Positions 53,508 through 62,437 are shown, numbered from the stretch's first letter. The stretch is 64,000 nucleotides of DNA from an uncultured bacterium (GCA_965112635.1 OZ218778.1:2080001-2144000), one strand, 5' to 3'. Notes: generated by a model from the letters alone, not told the origin. Translations and numbers: made by a program.

Positions 53508-54965
53508 CTATCTTGGTTGTTTAATTCCTACCCGTTTATACTGCTCTAGCGGGGCGTCATTGGCTTTCATCAACCCAACCATCAGCTTGATCATCCTGGC
53601 CTCTATTTTTTTATCCTGGAGTGGGTGCTCCTGATGAGGGTCAGTTTGGAGGTCAAACAATAGGGTGCCGAACCGATGGGCATTATACGGGGGCCAGGCT
53701 TTTATTTTCATGGTCCTGCAGCCTTTGGTGAATTTGAACGGTTTTTGCAAACGGATGTCTTTCAGCTCCCCGCAGCTGAAGAACTTGCTCATGTGGGTGG
53801 GAATATGGGTGTATTCGAACAGGGGAGTACTGCTTGCCCGCACTGGCGCCCGCATATACACATAACGGCCGTCCGTGCAGTTGATATGCCCGCCGTGGAT
53901 GCCGAACAGGCCCGCCTGGCGCACGGGCATATCCCGGGCGATAGTTTGGCGTAGGGGACGGCCCTGCATGTCCTTGGGTCGGGCGACGCCGAAATATTCC
54001 AGCAGGGTCGGGGCCAGGTCTATGGTCTGCACCAGGCTTTGACGGCGCTCGTTCTTTTTCCCGCTTCGCGGGTCCCAGATGAACAGGGGAGTATGGGCCA
54101 CCTCTTCATAAAAAGGCTGGGCTATTTTGGCCCACCAGTCGTGCTCACCGAGTAAAAAGCCGTGGTCCGTATTGACAATGAGCAGGGTGTCTTTCCAGAG
54201 TCCGTAGCGGTCCATGGCGTCCAGCACCCGGCCCAGGCTGTGGTCGCACATGCTGACCAGAGCGGCATTGAGCAGGCGTATATGGTTGACCTGCTCCGGA
54301 GTTTCCGTGACCATGCGGTAGTGCGGCCAGTCGAACAAGGGGCCTTTGTAGGAATGGGGATAGAGGTTTTGGTATTTTTTGGGCACATAAAAGGGTTCAT
54401 GCGGGTCAAAAGTCTCGATATGCAGGAACCAGTTGTCGCTTTGCCTGTTCGTCTTGATAAATTCCAGCCCTGCGGAAACGGTTTGGGTCTGGGGCCAGTC
54501 TTTTTCGGCAGTGATGTACTGCCGGTTCACCTGGTCCTGGCGCCGGGCCTGGCCGATGAATTTGGGGAGATAAGGGTCTTTAACCTCACCCTTCCAAGGG
54601 TCGCCTTCCTGGCCCCTGAAACATTCCCAGGAATTGTATCTATTGTGATAGGTCGCGCCTCCGTCTTCCCAGTAGTGGTAGTGGTCGCTGGCCAGATGGG
54701 TGTAGATACCGTTGTTCCTGAGTATTTGCGGCATGGAGTCGTCAAAAGGTTCCACAGGGCCCCAGGAACGGTGCAGGAAGTTATAGCGGCCGGTGTGGAT
54801 CTCCCGGCGGGCGGGCATGCAGGGCATGCTGGCGACATAGCATTTATCAAAGGTCACGGTTCTGGCGGCTAGGCGCTGGAAGTTGGGGGCATGGACCCAG
54901 TCACAGCCGTAAGGCGGTAGCATGTGGCGGTTCAGTGAGTCAAACATAAGCATGATAGCTTTCAA
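53508..54965 (-). CDS. Cys-type sulfatase (cytoplasmic)
   Basis: MFDSL, CMPARR (CxPxR), DPHEP, TDHG; no signal peptide. Confidence 0.92.
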   Translation of the reverse strand: MKAIMLMFDSLNRHMLPPYGCDWVHAPNFQRLAARTVTFDKCYVASMPCMPARREIHTGRYNFLHRSWGPVEPFDDSMPQILRNNGIYTHLASDHYHYWEDGGATYHNRYNSWECFRGQEGDPWKGEVKDPYLPKFIGQARRQDQVNRQYITAEKDWPQTQTVSAGLEFIKTNRQSDNWFLHIETFDPHEPFYVPKKYQNLYPHSYKGPLFDWPHYRMVTETPEQVNHIRLLNAALVSMCDHSLGRVLDAMDRYGLWKDTLLIVNTDHGFLLGEHDWWAKIAQPFYEEVAHTPLFIWDPRSGKKNERRQSLVQTIDLAPTLLEYFGVARPKDMQGRPLRQTIARDMPVRQAGLFGIHGGHINCTDGRYVYMRAPVRASSTPLFEYTHIPTHMSKFFSCGELKDIRLQKPFKFTKGCRTMKIKAWPPYNAHRFGTLLFDLQTDPHQEHPLQDKKIEARMIKLMVGLMKANDAPLEQYKRVGIKQPR

Positions 54966-55085
54966 AAGATAACCCTCCCTAATGTTTAATATAATACTGC
55001 AAAAGTTCCTTAATTGTACAATCGGGTGGGATTGCAGTAATATTTGAGCATATCAAGGCTATTTGCGGTCAGGAGAACTTCGGCA

Positions 55086-56561
55086 ATGAGAATACTGTAT
55101 CTTGATATAGACACTCTTAGGGCGGACCATTTGGGATGCTACGGCTATCCCAGAAACACCACGCCCAACATAGACGCGGTGGCCAGGGAGGGAGTGCGGT
55201 TTGACCAGTGCTTTGTGTCTGACGCGCCGTGCCTGCCTTCCCGCAGTGCCTGCTGGACCGGCAGATTCGGCATCCATACCGGTGTGGTCAATCATGGCGG
55301 TTTGGCGGCCGACCCTTTTCCCGAAGGCATTACCCGGGGATTCCATAATTCCGCCGAAAGAGACTCCTTTGTCACGGTCTTGAAAAAGAACGGCATGTAT
55401 ACGGCCTCGGTCAGCCCTTTTGCAGAGAGGCACAATTCCTGGTGGTTCTATGCCGGATTTTTGGAGATGCACAACACCGGCGACTTTGGCCATGAAAACG
55501 CGGATGTCATCTTTCCCAAGGCCCTCCAGTGGATACAAACCAACGGCCAAAAGGATAACTGGTTTCTGCACATCAACTGCTGGGACCCCCACAACCCCTA
55601 TGACCACACCGAGGATATAGGCCAGCCTTTTGCCCAAGACCCTCCGCCTTCTTGGATGAACGAGGATATCCTCAAAAATCAGTATCAAAGTTATGGGCCC
55701 AACAGCGCTCAAGACCTCTGGGGTTTTAGCAACCAGAAATGGGAGGGCGCTCTGGATGAATTGCCCGCAGAGATCAAGACCATGTCTGACTTTAAAAAGT
55801 GGATAGACGGCTATGATACTGAAATTTATTACGCGGATATTTATGTAGGCAGGGTAGTGGATTTGCTCAAAAAAATGGGGATATACGACGAGACCATCAT
55901 TGTTATCACCTCGGACCACGGCGAAAATCAGGGTGAGCTCAATATTTACGGCGACCACCACACGGCTGACTACATCACCTCGCGCGTTCCTTTTATTATC
56001 AAGTGGCCGGGAGTGACCAGCCCCCGCGTGGATGAAGGCCTGCATTACCAGACCGATATTGTGGCCACAATATTGGATGTTCTAGGTTTACAGGTCCCCA
56101 AGCTGTGGGACGGTAAAAGCTTTGCCTCTTATTTCAAGAAGAACAGGTCCTATTCCAGGGACTATGTGGTGGTCAGCCAATGCGCCTGGAGCTGTCAGCG
56201 GTCAGTGGTGTTCGACCACTGGATACTGATAAAGACCTATGATACCGGGCTCAAGGATTTCACCGAGCTTATGCTGTTCGATGTGGCCAAGGACCCGCAT
56301 GAAACCAATAACCTGGCCAAGGCCAAGCACCTGGTCGTGCGAAAGGGCCTAAAACTCCTGAGCCAGTGGCACCGGGATATGATGAAAACCTCGGCTAATA
56401 AAATTGACCCGATGGATATTGTGCTGAAAGAAGGCGGGCCGTTCCATACCCGGGATAAAGCGGAGCTGACTCAATACTTACAGCGTCTGGAAAAGACCGG
56501 CCGCGCCTATCACGCCAGGACCTTAAGGAAGTTCAAGGGAAAGCCGACGAGGAAGTATTAG
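55086..56561 (+). CDS. Cys-type sulfatase (cytoplasmic)
   Basis: DTLRADHLG, CLPSRS (CxPxR), DPHNP, TSDHGE; ATG 55086 after AGGAG. Confidence 0.92.
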   Translation: MRILYLDIDTLRADHLGCYGYPRNTTPNIDAVAREGVRFDQCFVSDAPCLPSRSACWTGRFGIHTGVVNHGGLAADPFPEGITRGFHNSAERDSFVTVLKKNGMYTASVSPFAERHNSWWFYAGFLEMHNTGDFGHENADVIFPKALQWIQTNGQKDNWFLHINCWDPHNPYDHTEDIGQPFAQDPPPSWMNEDILKNQYQSYGPNSAQDLWGFSNQKWEGALDELPAEIKTMSDFKKWIDGYDTEIYYADIYVGRVVDLLKKMGIYDETIIVITSDHGENQGELNIYGDHHTADYITSRVPFIIKWPGVTSPRVDEGLHYQTDIVATILDVLGLQVPKLWDGKSFASYFKKNRSYSRDYVVVSQCAWSCQRSVVFDHWILIKTYDTGLKDFTELMLFDVAKDPHETNNLAKAKHLVVRKGLKLLSQWHRDMMKTSANKIDPMDIVLKEGGPFHTRDKAELTQYLQRLEKTGRAYHARTLRKFKGKPTRKY

Positions 56562-56564
56562 AAC

Positions 56565-56655
56565 ATTTAACCGCCAAGATCTATCCGCCATAATTTAACC
56601 GCCAACTGGCCGTAAGAACTGGTGGCTAAACTGGCGGATAAAACTGGCGGATAAA
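56565..56655. repeat. Cluster of seven short direct and inverted repeats (TGGCGGWTA core)
   Basis: TAACCGCCA x2 and TATCCGCCA, then AACTGGCCGTA, AACTGGTGGCTA and AACTGGCGGATA x2. Confidence 0.8.
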
Positions 56656-56666
56656 AGCCAAGGGGA

Positions 56667-56675
56667 TGATATAAT
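56667..56675 (+). promoter_or_regulatory. Extended -10 element
   Basis: TGATATAAT, 9 nt before ATG 56685 (possibly a near-leaderless transcript). Confidence 0.5.
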
Positions 56676-56684
56676 GACTACCCT

Positions 56685-57671
56685 ATGGTGGACGCTTTAA
56701 AAACCCTCAAAACCCCAAAAAAGGACACCCAGGGTATCTTTGGCCTGCTGGTCTGGATATTCGGCTGGGTATTCTTTGTTCATGTGATTTACCGCCTGTT
56801 TATCACCCCTGTAGACGGCTATCTGACCACCCACCAAAAATGGGTCCATGTCAGCCTGGGAAGTAACCCCTATTTCTTGACCGATCTGGGCCAGTCCTGC
56901 GTTCCCTTTGTTTTCTACATCATTTTCCTATTCCTCTATCTCTTCCTGCAGGAGGCCCGCTGCTGGGTGCTTTACCGGGCTCTTCAGGACGATCCAGCCA
57001 GGAGTGTAGGTCAGATGACCTCTTTTCGCGCCCTAAGGGCCTGGTTCTGCCTGTGGCTCGTTTGCCACGGGATCGCCTTTTTAGGCGTGTACCGCATCTA
57101 TACCCCGGACGATAACCGGGTCTTTTTTCTCAACCTGACGGCGTGGTTGTGTATGTTGGCATTCCTGGTCCAGTGGGCCAGCCAGAGCATCCTAAACCAT
57201 CTGCGGGAGGTCAGGGATAGCGTGGCCCCTCAGTCGCTCCAAAAGGTCAGGGAGTCTTTTGGCAGTCTGTTCAAAGATGTATGGTTCAGCGTGTGGGCGG
57301 ACTCCATGCTCAAGCCGGAGCCTAAATTCAAGGAGCTTGACCAGACAAGGGTCATAGATGCGGAGGCCGGGCCGGTCCAGGAAAAGCCCCAGCCTGAGCC
57401 AGCGCCTGATCATCCGGTCCAAAAGTCCGCCCCAAAACCTCAGCAGGGAAAAAGAGAGGCTCAGGGACAGGCGGCCAAACAGCAGATCATGGACTGGGCC
57501 ATTAAAAGGGATGATTGGTTTACCCCCAATGAGTTGGAGGAGGCTTTAGACATGAAAACCAGGACACGGGAACGCTATACCAGCAAGCTTGTCAGCGAGG
57601 GATCGTTGGAAAAAGACGGCACGGGACGCCGCAATAGCCGGTACCGGGCGAAAAGAGGTCCTTTAAAATGA
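56685..57671 (+). CDS. Four-TM membrane protein with C-terminal winged HTH
   Basis: Four hydrophobic segments, Pro/Gln linker, FTPNELEEALDMKTRTRERYTSKLVSEGSLEKDG. Confidence 0.75.
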   Translation: MVDALKTLKTPKKDTQGIFGLLVWIFGWVFFVHVIYRLFITPVDGYLTTHQKWVHVSLGSNPYFLTDLGQSCVPFVFYIIFLFLYLFLQEARCWVLYRALQDDPARSVGQMTSFRALRAWFCLWLVCHGIAFLGVYRIYTPDDNRVFFLNLTAWLCMLAFLVQWASQSILNHLREVRDSVAPQSLQKVRESFGSLFKDVWFSVWADSMLKPEPKFKELDQTRVIDAEAGPVQEKPQPEPAPDHPVQKSAPKPQQGKREAQGQAAKQQIMDWAIKRDDWFTPNELEEALDMKTRTRERYTSKLVSEGSLEKDGTGRRNSRYRAKRGPLK

Positions 57672-58714
57672 AAAGAACCTGGCTCCTCTGTTTCTGCCTA
57701 GTGCTTGGCCTGGCTGTCCTGGCCAAGTCCCAGGATACCGACACCCTGACCCTGGGGAAAGGGCAAGGCAAAACTTACACGGTGGGCGACCCTTCCGGCT
57801 GTTTCGTGGACAACACCAGCATCCTGTCCCTGCGGACCACCGGAGACGACCAGATCAAGGTCACGGCTTTGCAACCAGGCCGATGCACCCTGACCCTGCC
57901 GGGCAAGGCGGGAAGGAACAGGTACATCGGGGTGACGGTGATAAACGCCGTCCAAGATCAGCAAGGGACAAATACGGTCCCAAGTCCAAAGTCTTCGACC
58001 GTGGACATTGGACAGGGGACATTGGACAGGATCACTATCCAGAGCCAAAGGAATCATCGTTCTACCAGAACTAACAATAATGGCGGCGTCCGGGCCAGGG
58101 TAAAAGTGGCCGGGGTCGATCTCTCCACCAACCTGGGTCTGGCCTCTGCTCCCACGCCGGTTTCGACCCCTGTTCAGACCATGCTGAGATACCAGATCCA
58201 ACTGGCCCAGATCGACCTCGGCAAGGTGGAAAATGCCGGGATGCCTTTGGAGCAGACCGGAGTTTTTGAGCCAGCGGCGTTCAGGGGCCGGATGGACCTG
58301 CTCATCAGGGACGGCTATGCCAGACAGTTGGACAACCCGGCTCTGCTGGTGGAGAACAGCGACCCTGCCGGACCGGACAAGCCCAGCAGTGCGACGCTCC
58401 TCAATGGCTCCAAACTGACCCTGCAGGCAACGCTCCTCACTGGGAATAGGATCGAGAACAAGATAGACCTGGAATTGCTGGCCCCTGAGCAGTTCAGCGG
58501 GGAGGCCACGGCCTACAAGGGCAGCGTGGTCTGCAAGCTGGGGGAAACGGTCGTCCTGACCAGCCATATTTACACCCGGCACAGGCCCAATGTGTGGGGA
58601 GTGCCCTATATCTCCTGGCTAAGCTGGGACTTCGGCCACGATGAGAAAAGCTACATCCTCGTGTATCTGACCCCGGCCCTGGCCGCCTACACGCCCCCAA
58701 CCAAAAAACCCTAG
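57668..58714 (+). CDS. Reduced secretin-like protein (RcpA/CpaC-like)
   Basis: Signal peptide, Ig-like pilus-assembly N domain, degenerate secretin motifs in the correct order. Confidence 0.6.
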   Translation: MKRTWLLCFCLVLGLAVLAKSQDTDTLTLGKGQGKTYTVGDPSGCFVDNTSILSLRTTGDDQIKVTALQPGRCTLTLPGKAGRNRYIGVTVINAVQDQQGTNTVPSPKSSTVDIGQGTLDRITIQSQRNHRSTRTNNNGGVRARVKVAGVDLSTNLGLASAPTPVSTPVQTMLRYQIQLAQIDLGKVENAGMPLEQTGVFEPAAFRGRMDLLIRDGYARQLDNPALLVENSDPAGPDKPSSATLLNGSKLTLQATLLTGNRIENKIDLELLAPEQFSGEATAYKGSVVCKLGETVVLTSHIYTRHRPNVWGVPYISWLSWDFGHDEKSYILVYLTPALAAYTPPTKKP

Positions 58715-58730
58715 CCCCGCGCCTGCCTCT

Positions 58731-58766
58731 CCTTCGGCGTTTCGTCATTCGCCGTAACGCCGAAAT
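58731..58766. repeat. Intergenic element A, copy 1
   Basis: CCTTCGGC...TCGCCGTAACGCCGAAAT, repeated at 59881-59916. Confidence 0.8.
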
Positions 58767-58891
58767 GGGTTGAAGGACCTGAACATGCTCAAGCATGCGT
58801 GCTTTAGCACGTGGTCCTTCAACGGGTATATTCCATAAATACTTAAGAAGATGTACCCTGGAAAGAGGAAAATCAGGTTATTGTTTTGGTG
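58767..58891 (+). repeat. Intergenic structured element B, copy 1
   Basis: Near-identical to 59437-59533 apart from a 28-nt insertion and a few substitutions. Confidence 0.9.
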
Positions 58892-58944
58892 AGCGGTCGG
58901 GATGACAAAGAAAGATAGAAGAATATTTTTTTGAAAGCGGATTT

Positions 58945-59400
58945 ATGCCAATCGTACATCTAACATTTAAAATGAGTAGATCAAAAGGCGCGACAGCATT
59001 GATTCGATCGTACCATAAGCCTCATGTTATGGATCAAGGCCATTCAGTTTTTCCTGAAATAGCTTTTGTTCGGCTAAAAAAACGCCAGGGCTGGAATGCT
59101 GTTTGGGCCGACGCCTACAAGGATCGCATCTGGAAATCAATGAAAATTCGTGGTGGCATTAATTTGTTGCCTGAATGGATTAAAGAAAAATTGCCATTAA
59201 GAAACAAAAATAAACCGCTATCAGGATGCTGGGATGTTGTGGCGTGGAAAGGCCGGAAAATAAGGTTTTATGAATTAAAACATAAGGGGTCGGACAAAAT
59301 GAGGCCCAATCAAATTTCCTGGAAAAGAACAGCTATGCGGAGAATGGGATTAACCTCCAAGAATTTTGTCCTTGTTGAATGGAATAAAACAGCGAAATAA
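58945..59400 (+). CDS. VRR-NUC-like PD-(D/E)xK nuclease
   Basis: SGCWDVVAW...FYELKHKGSDKMRPNQISW. Confidence 0.78.
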   Translation: MPIVHLTFKMSRSKGATALIRSYHKPHVMDQGHSVFPEIAFVRLKKRQGWNAVWADAYKDRIWKSMKIRGGINLLPEWIKEKLPLRNKNKPLSGCWDVVAWKGRKIRFYELKHKGSDKMRPNQISWKRTAMRRMGLTSKNFVLVEWNKTAK

Positions 59401-59436
59401 TCAATTGATTGGATGGGTGTTTGACGCGGGGGATGG

Positions 59437-59533
59437 GGGTTGAAGTACCTGAATGGTACTTCAACGGGTATATTCCATAAATACTTAAGAAGATGTGCCC
59501 TGGAAAGAGGAAAATCAACATATTGTTTTAGTG
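59437..59533 (+). repeat. Intergenic structured element B, copy 2
   Basis: GTTGAAGTACC-TGAAT-GGTACTTCAAC followed by GGGTATATTCCATAAATACTTAAGAAGATGTGCCCTGGAAAGAGGAAAATCA. Confidence 0.9.
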
Positions 59534-59548
59534 GAATAGGAGGAAAGT

Positions 59549-59866
59549 ATGGCTCTAAAGGAAAGCAGTTTCCGATGTTCCAGGCTGTGCCACATTTTGG
59601 GAAATCCGGTGACATACAAAATACTGGAAGCCCTGCTGGATAAACCCCGCTACACACCCTCAGAGTTAGCCAAAAAAACCCATAGAACGGTCTCTACCAT
59701 TTCAGGGCATTTGAAAAACATGAGGCTTGCGGACCTGGTCCGTTTTGAAGCCAGAGGCAATCAAATGATGTACAGGATTAAATATAGGAAACAAGCCAGA
59801 GCCATCGTTGAAACACTTAAGAAATATGTGGCAGTTGCAGGCCGTTCTTCATCTTCCCAGCCCTAA
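59549..59866 (+). CDS. ArsR/SmtB-type winged HTH regulator
   Basis: LGNPVTYKILEAL, TPSELA...STISGHLKNMRLADLV; AGGAGG RBS. Confidence 0.88.
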   Translation: MALKESSFRCSRLCHILGNPVTYKILEALLDKPRYTPSELAKKTHRTVSTISGHLKNMRLADLVRFEARGNQMMYRIKYRKQARAIVETLKKYVAVAGRSSSSQP

Positions 59867-59880
59867 ACCTCATCCAATCC

Positions 59881-59916
59881 CCTTCGGCCATTCGGCGATC
59901 GCCGTAACGCCGAAAT
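59881..59916. repeat. Intergenic element A, copy 2
   Basis: CCTTCGGCCATTCGGCGATCGCCGTAACGCCGAAAT. Confidence 0.8.
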
Positions 59917-60002
59917 AGAAAAAATGCGGAATTGTTTGACAAGGGGAGGGTGGGAGAGCAAAATTAGGATATTGTAATTTGTAATAAGGAGGAGTGATTT
60001 TA

Positions 60003-61295
60003 ATGACACAGCTAGCCCTGTTATCACCAAATATAGGCCGAAGTGTTGATGCAACATCATCAACATTTTCAAATAATATGTCATTGCCAATACATAGATG
60101 GTTCCGCTATTCAGCAGGTTTCTCTGGAATTTGGGTTAGAGAAACTATTGAGTCTCGTAGGATAAAAAATTCAAATTTGCATGTTTATGACCCTTTTGCT
60201 GGTTCTGGTACTGTTCTAATAGAAAGTCAGTTATGTGGGGTTGATGGCCTTGGCCTTGAGCCACATCCATTTGTACATAAAATTGCTGAAGCAAAGCTTC
60301 TTTGGCGGCGTGACGCAGAGAGTCTATTTAAGTTAGGATTAGCTCTTGTATCTAAAGCACGTGGTGTTAAAGGAAGTCTCTCTGGTTATCCTGTTTTGAT
60401 TCGGAAATGTTTTACAGATGACGTATTACTGGAGTTAGATTGTCTTAAAATTGTTTGGGACAAGATGGCCTCCAAAAAGATTTCCGACGATTTAAAGGTG
60501 TTATGGCTTTTATTAACGTCAATATTGAGGGAGTGTTCGCATGCCGGAACGGCACAATGGCAATATGTTCTGCCTAACAAACAAAAAGCAAAGGTCGGAA
60601 AACCTTTTATAGTTTTTCAAAAGAAGCTCGAAATGTTTTGTGACGATATAATGGCTGCTAAAAGTTATGACAATGGTGGAAAAGCAATAGTTATTAAGGG
60701 GGATGCTAGAAATTGTTCAGGGATTCCGTCAAATTGGGCAAACTTGGTCATTACATCTCCTCCATATGCAAATAATTATGATTATGCAGATGCCACTAGA
60801 CTGGAACTTTGTTTTTGGAAGGAAATTTCGGGGTGGTCTGATTTACAGGAAACAATAAGAAAACATCTTTTGAGATCCTGCACGCAACATGTTTCAGGTA
60901 TTAGCAACGACATTGATTTATTACTTAGTGACCCGCTCCTTGAACCAATTCGATCTGAGATTAGGTCTGTTTGCCAACAGTTGGCTTTAGAACGTGTGAA
61001 TCATGGTGGTAAAAAACAATACCATGTTATGATTGCTGCTTATTTCAAGGATTTAGCGGCTTGTTGGAAAGAATTGCGCCGTATAACGACTAAGAATGCG
61101 GAAGTTTGTTTTGTAATTGGTGATTCGGCTCCTTATGGCATTTATGTTCCTGTTGATATATGGTTAGGAAAATTAGCATTGTCAGTTGGTTTTCGTTCCT
61201 TCAATTTTGAACAGACCAGAGTTAGAAATTTAAAATGGAAAAATAGAAAGCACCGTGTTCCTCTAAAAGAGGGACGTCTTTGGGTGAAAGGATAA
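60003..61295 (+). CDS. DNA methyltransferase, probably N4-cytosine (alpha motif order)
   Basis: HRWFRYSAGFS, DPFAGSGT (motif I) preceding ITSPPY (motif IV). Confidence 0.9.
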   Translation: MTQLALLSPNIGRSVDATSSTFSNNMSLPIHRWFRYSAGFSGIWVRETIESRRIKNSNLHVYDPFAGSGTVLIESQLCGVDGLGLEPHPFVHKIAEAKLLWRRDAESLFKLGLALVSKARGVKGSLSGYPVLIRKCFTDDVLLELDCLKIVWDKMASKKISDDLKVLWLLLTSILRECSHAGTAQWQYVLPNKQKAKVGKPFIVFQKKLEMFCDDIMAAKSYDNGGKAIVIKGDARNCSGIPSNWANLVITSPPYANNYDYADATRLELCFWKEISGWSDLQETIRKHLLRSCTQHVSGISNDIDLLLSDPLLEPIRSEIRSVCQQLALERVNHGGKKQYHVMIAAYFKDLAACWKELRRITTKNAEVCFVIGDSAPYGIYVPVDIWLGKLALSVGFRSFNFEQTRVRNLKWKNRKHRVPLKEGRLWVKG

Positions 61296-61297
61296 CT

Positions 61298-62176
61298 GTG
61301 GCTGTATCACCTTCTCATAAATTTGGTCAGATTATAGGCGACGTTCTTGAGGCTGCAATCGAACCATTTCTAACTGAATTTGCAAAAAATAATGGTCTAT
61401 TTTTGGATAAGAAAGGATCTAGGCCAGCAAGGTCTGGAAAGAAAGTGGCATGGAGGGACCTAAACGGAAACTTGCATGACTTGGATTTTGTATTAGAAAG
61501 AGGTGGTACAGGAGAGAAAATTGGAATTCCAGTGGCTTTTATTGAATCGGCCTGGCGTAGATATACAAAACATTCTAGAAACAAAGCCCAGGAAATCCAA
61601 GGTGCCATTATTCCATTATCAGCAACATATAGGGCATCAGCTCCATTTTTGGGAGCTATTCTAGCTGGTGAATTTACTGGTGGAGCACTGAAGCAACTCA
61701 AATCTCTTGGGTTTGTGGTGCTTTACTTCTCCTATCCGGCAGTTGTTAAAGCATTCAGGTCAATGGGACTAGATGCTTCTTTTGATGAAAATACACCAGA
61801 TAAGGATTTCTCCAAAAAGATACAAAAATGGAATAGCCTTTCTATTACTAATCAACGGAAAATTGCTAATAGCCTTGTTGCGAAAAATATTAAATCTGTA
61901 AAAACATTTCTTGCCAGTTTAGAAAGAACTGTGGATAGAAAAATATTGGAATTTAGTATTTTGCCTCTCCACGGGAGGGCTTTTAATTTTCCTTCCGCAG
62001 ATAAGGCAATTGATTTTCTTGTCAAATATGACACTAGTAAAAATTTAGCCTCTATTCATAGGATTGAGATTTCTATTAAATACAGCAATGGTAATATCTT
62101 TGAGGCAAAATTTATTAACACGGATGAGGCTATTGATTTTCTACAGACATATAAAGGGATTAGACTTTCAAACTAA
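61298..62176 (+). CDS. Putative type II restriction endonuclease
   Basis: Coupled to the MTase; DLDFVLE...AFIESAWRRYTKH PD-(D/E)xK-like core; AT-rich; GTG start inferred. Confidence 0.7.
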   Translation: MAVSPSHKFGQIIGDVLEAAIEPFLTEFAKNNGLFLDKKGSRPARSGKKVAWRDLNGNLHDLDFVLERGGTGEKIGIPVAFIESAWRRYTKHSRNKAQEIQGAIIPLSATYRASAPFLGAILAGEFTGGALKQLKSLGFVVLYFSYPAVVKAFRSMGLDASFDENTPDKDFSKKIQKWNSLSITNQRKIANSLVAKNIKSVKTFLASLERTVDRKILEFSILPLHGRAFNFPSADKAIDFLVKYDTSKNLASIHRIEISIKYSNGNIFEAKFINTDEAIDFLQTYKGIRLSN

Positions 62177-62437
62177 TTGGAAGAAATTTAGGTAAGGTTT
62201 TCATAAACAATATTTTCCCCGCCTCCCCCCGACCCATTTTCAGCTTTTCAGGCCTTGCCTTTAGACCCCCGAAATCCTCAAACAATCAATGTTTCCATTT
62301 TCGCATTTTTCTTTGTGCATTACTGCGTAAAGTATTGTTTTAGTGAGAAAAGAGGCAGTAGTAGGTAAGAAAACTAATAGGTAGAGACCTAGTTCTAATT
62401 CATATCTTTAGGAATAGTTAAAAAATATCTTTATGCA

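Noticed and set aside
54990-55045. Operator between the divergent sulfatases (TACTGCAA/TTGCAGTA)
   Set aside because: 8-bp arms far apart, no cognate regulator nearby; too weak to call
58767-59533. Element B as an integron attC site, CRISPR repeat or hammerhead ribozyme
   Set aside because: Stem runs GTT...AAC, the reverse of attC (AAC...GTT); no integrase seen; only two long copies separated by a gene; no CUGAnGA/GAAA core
59917-62312. Inverted repeats flanking the RM pair (AAAAATGCG...ATTGTTTGA)
   Set aside because: Short, gapped matches in AT-rich DNA; not distinguishable from chance by eye
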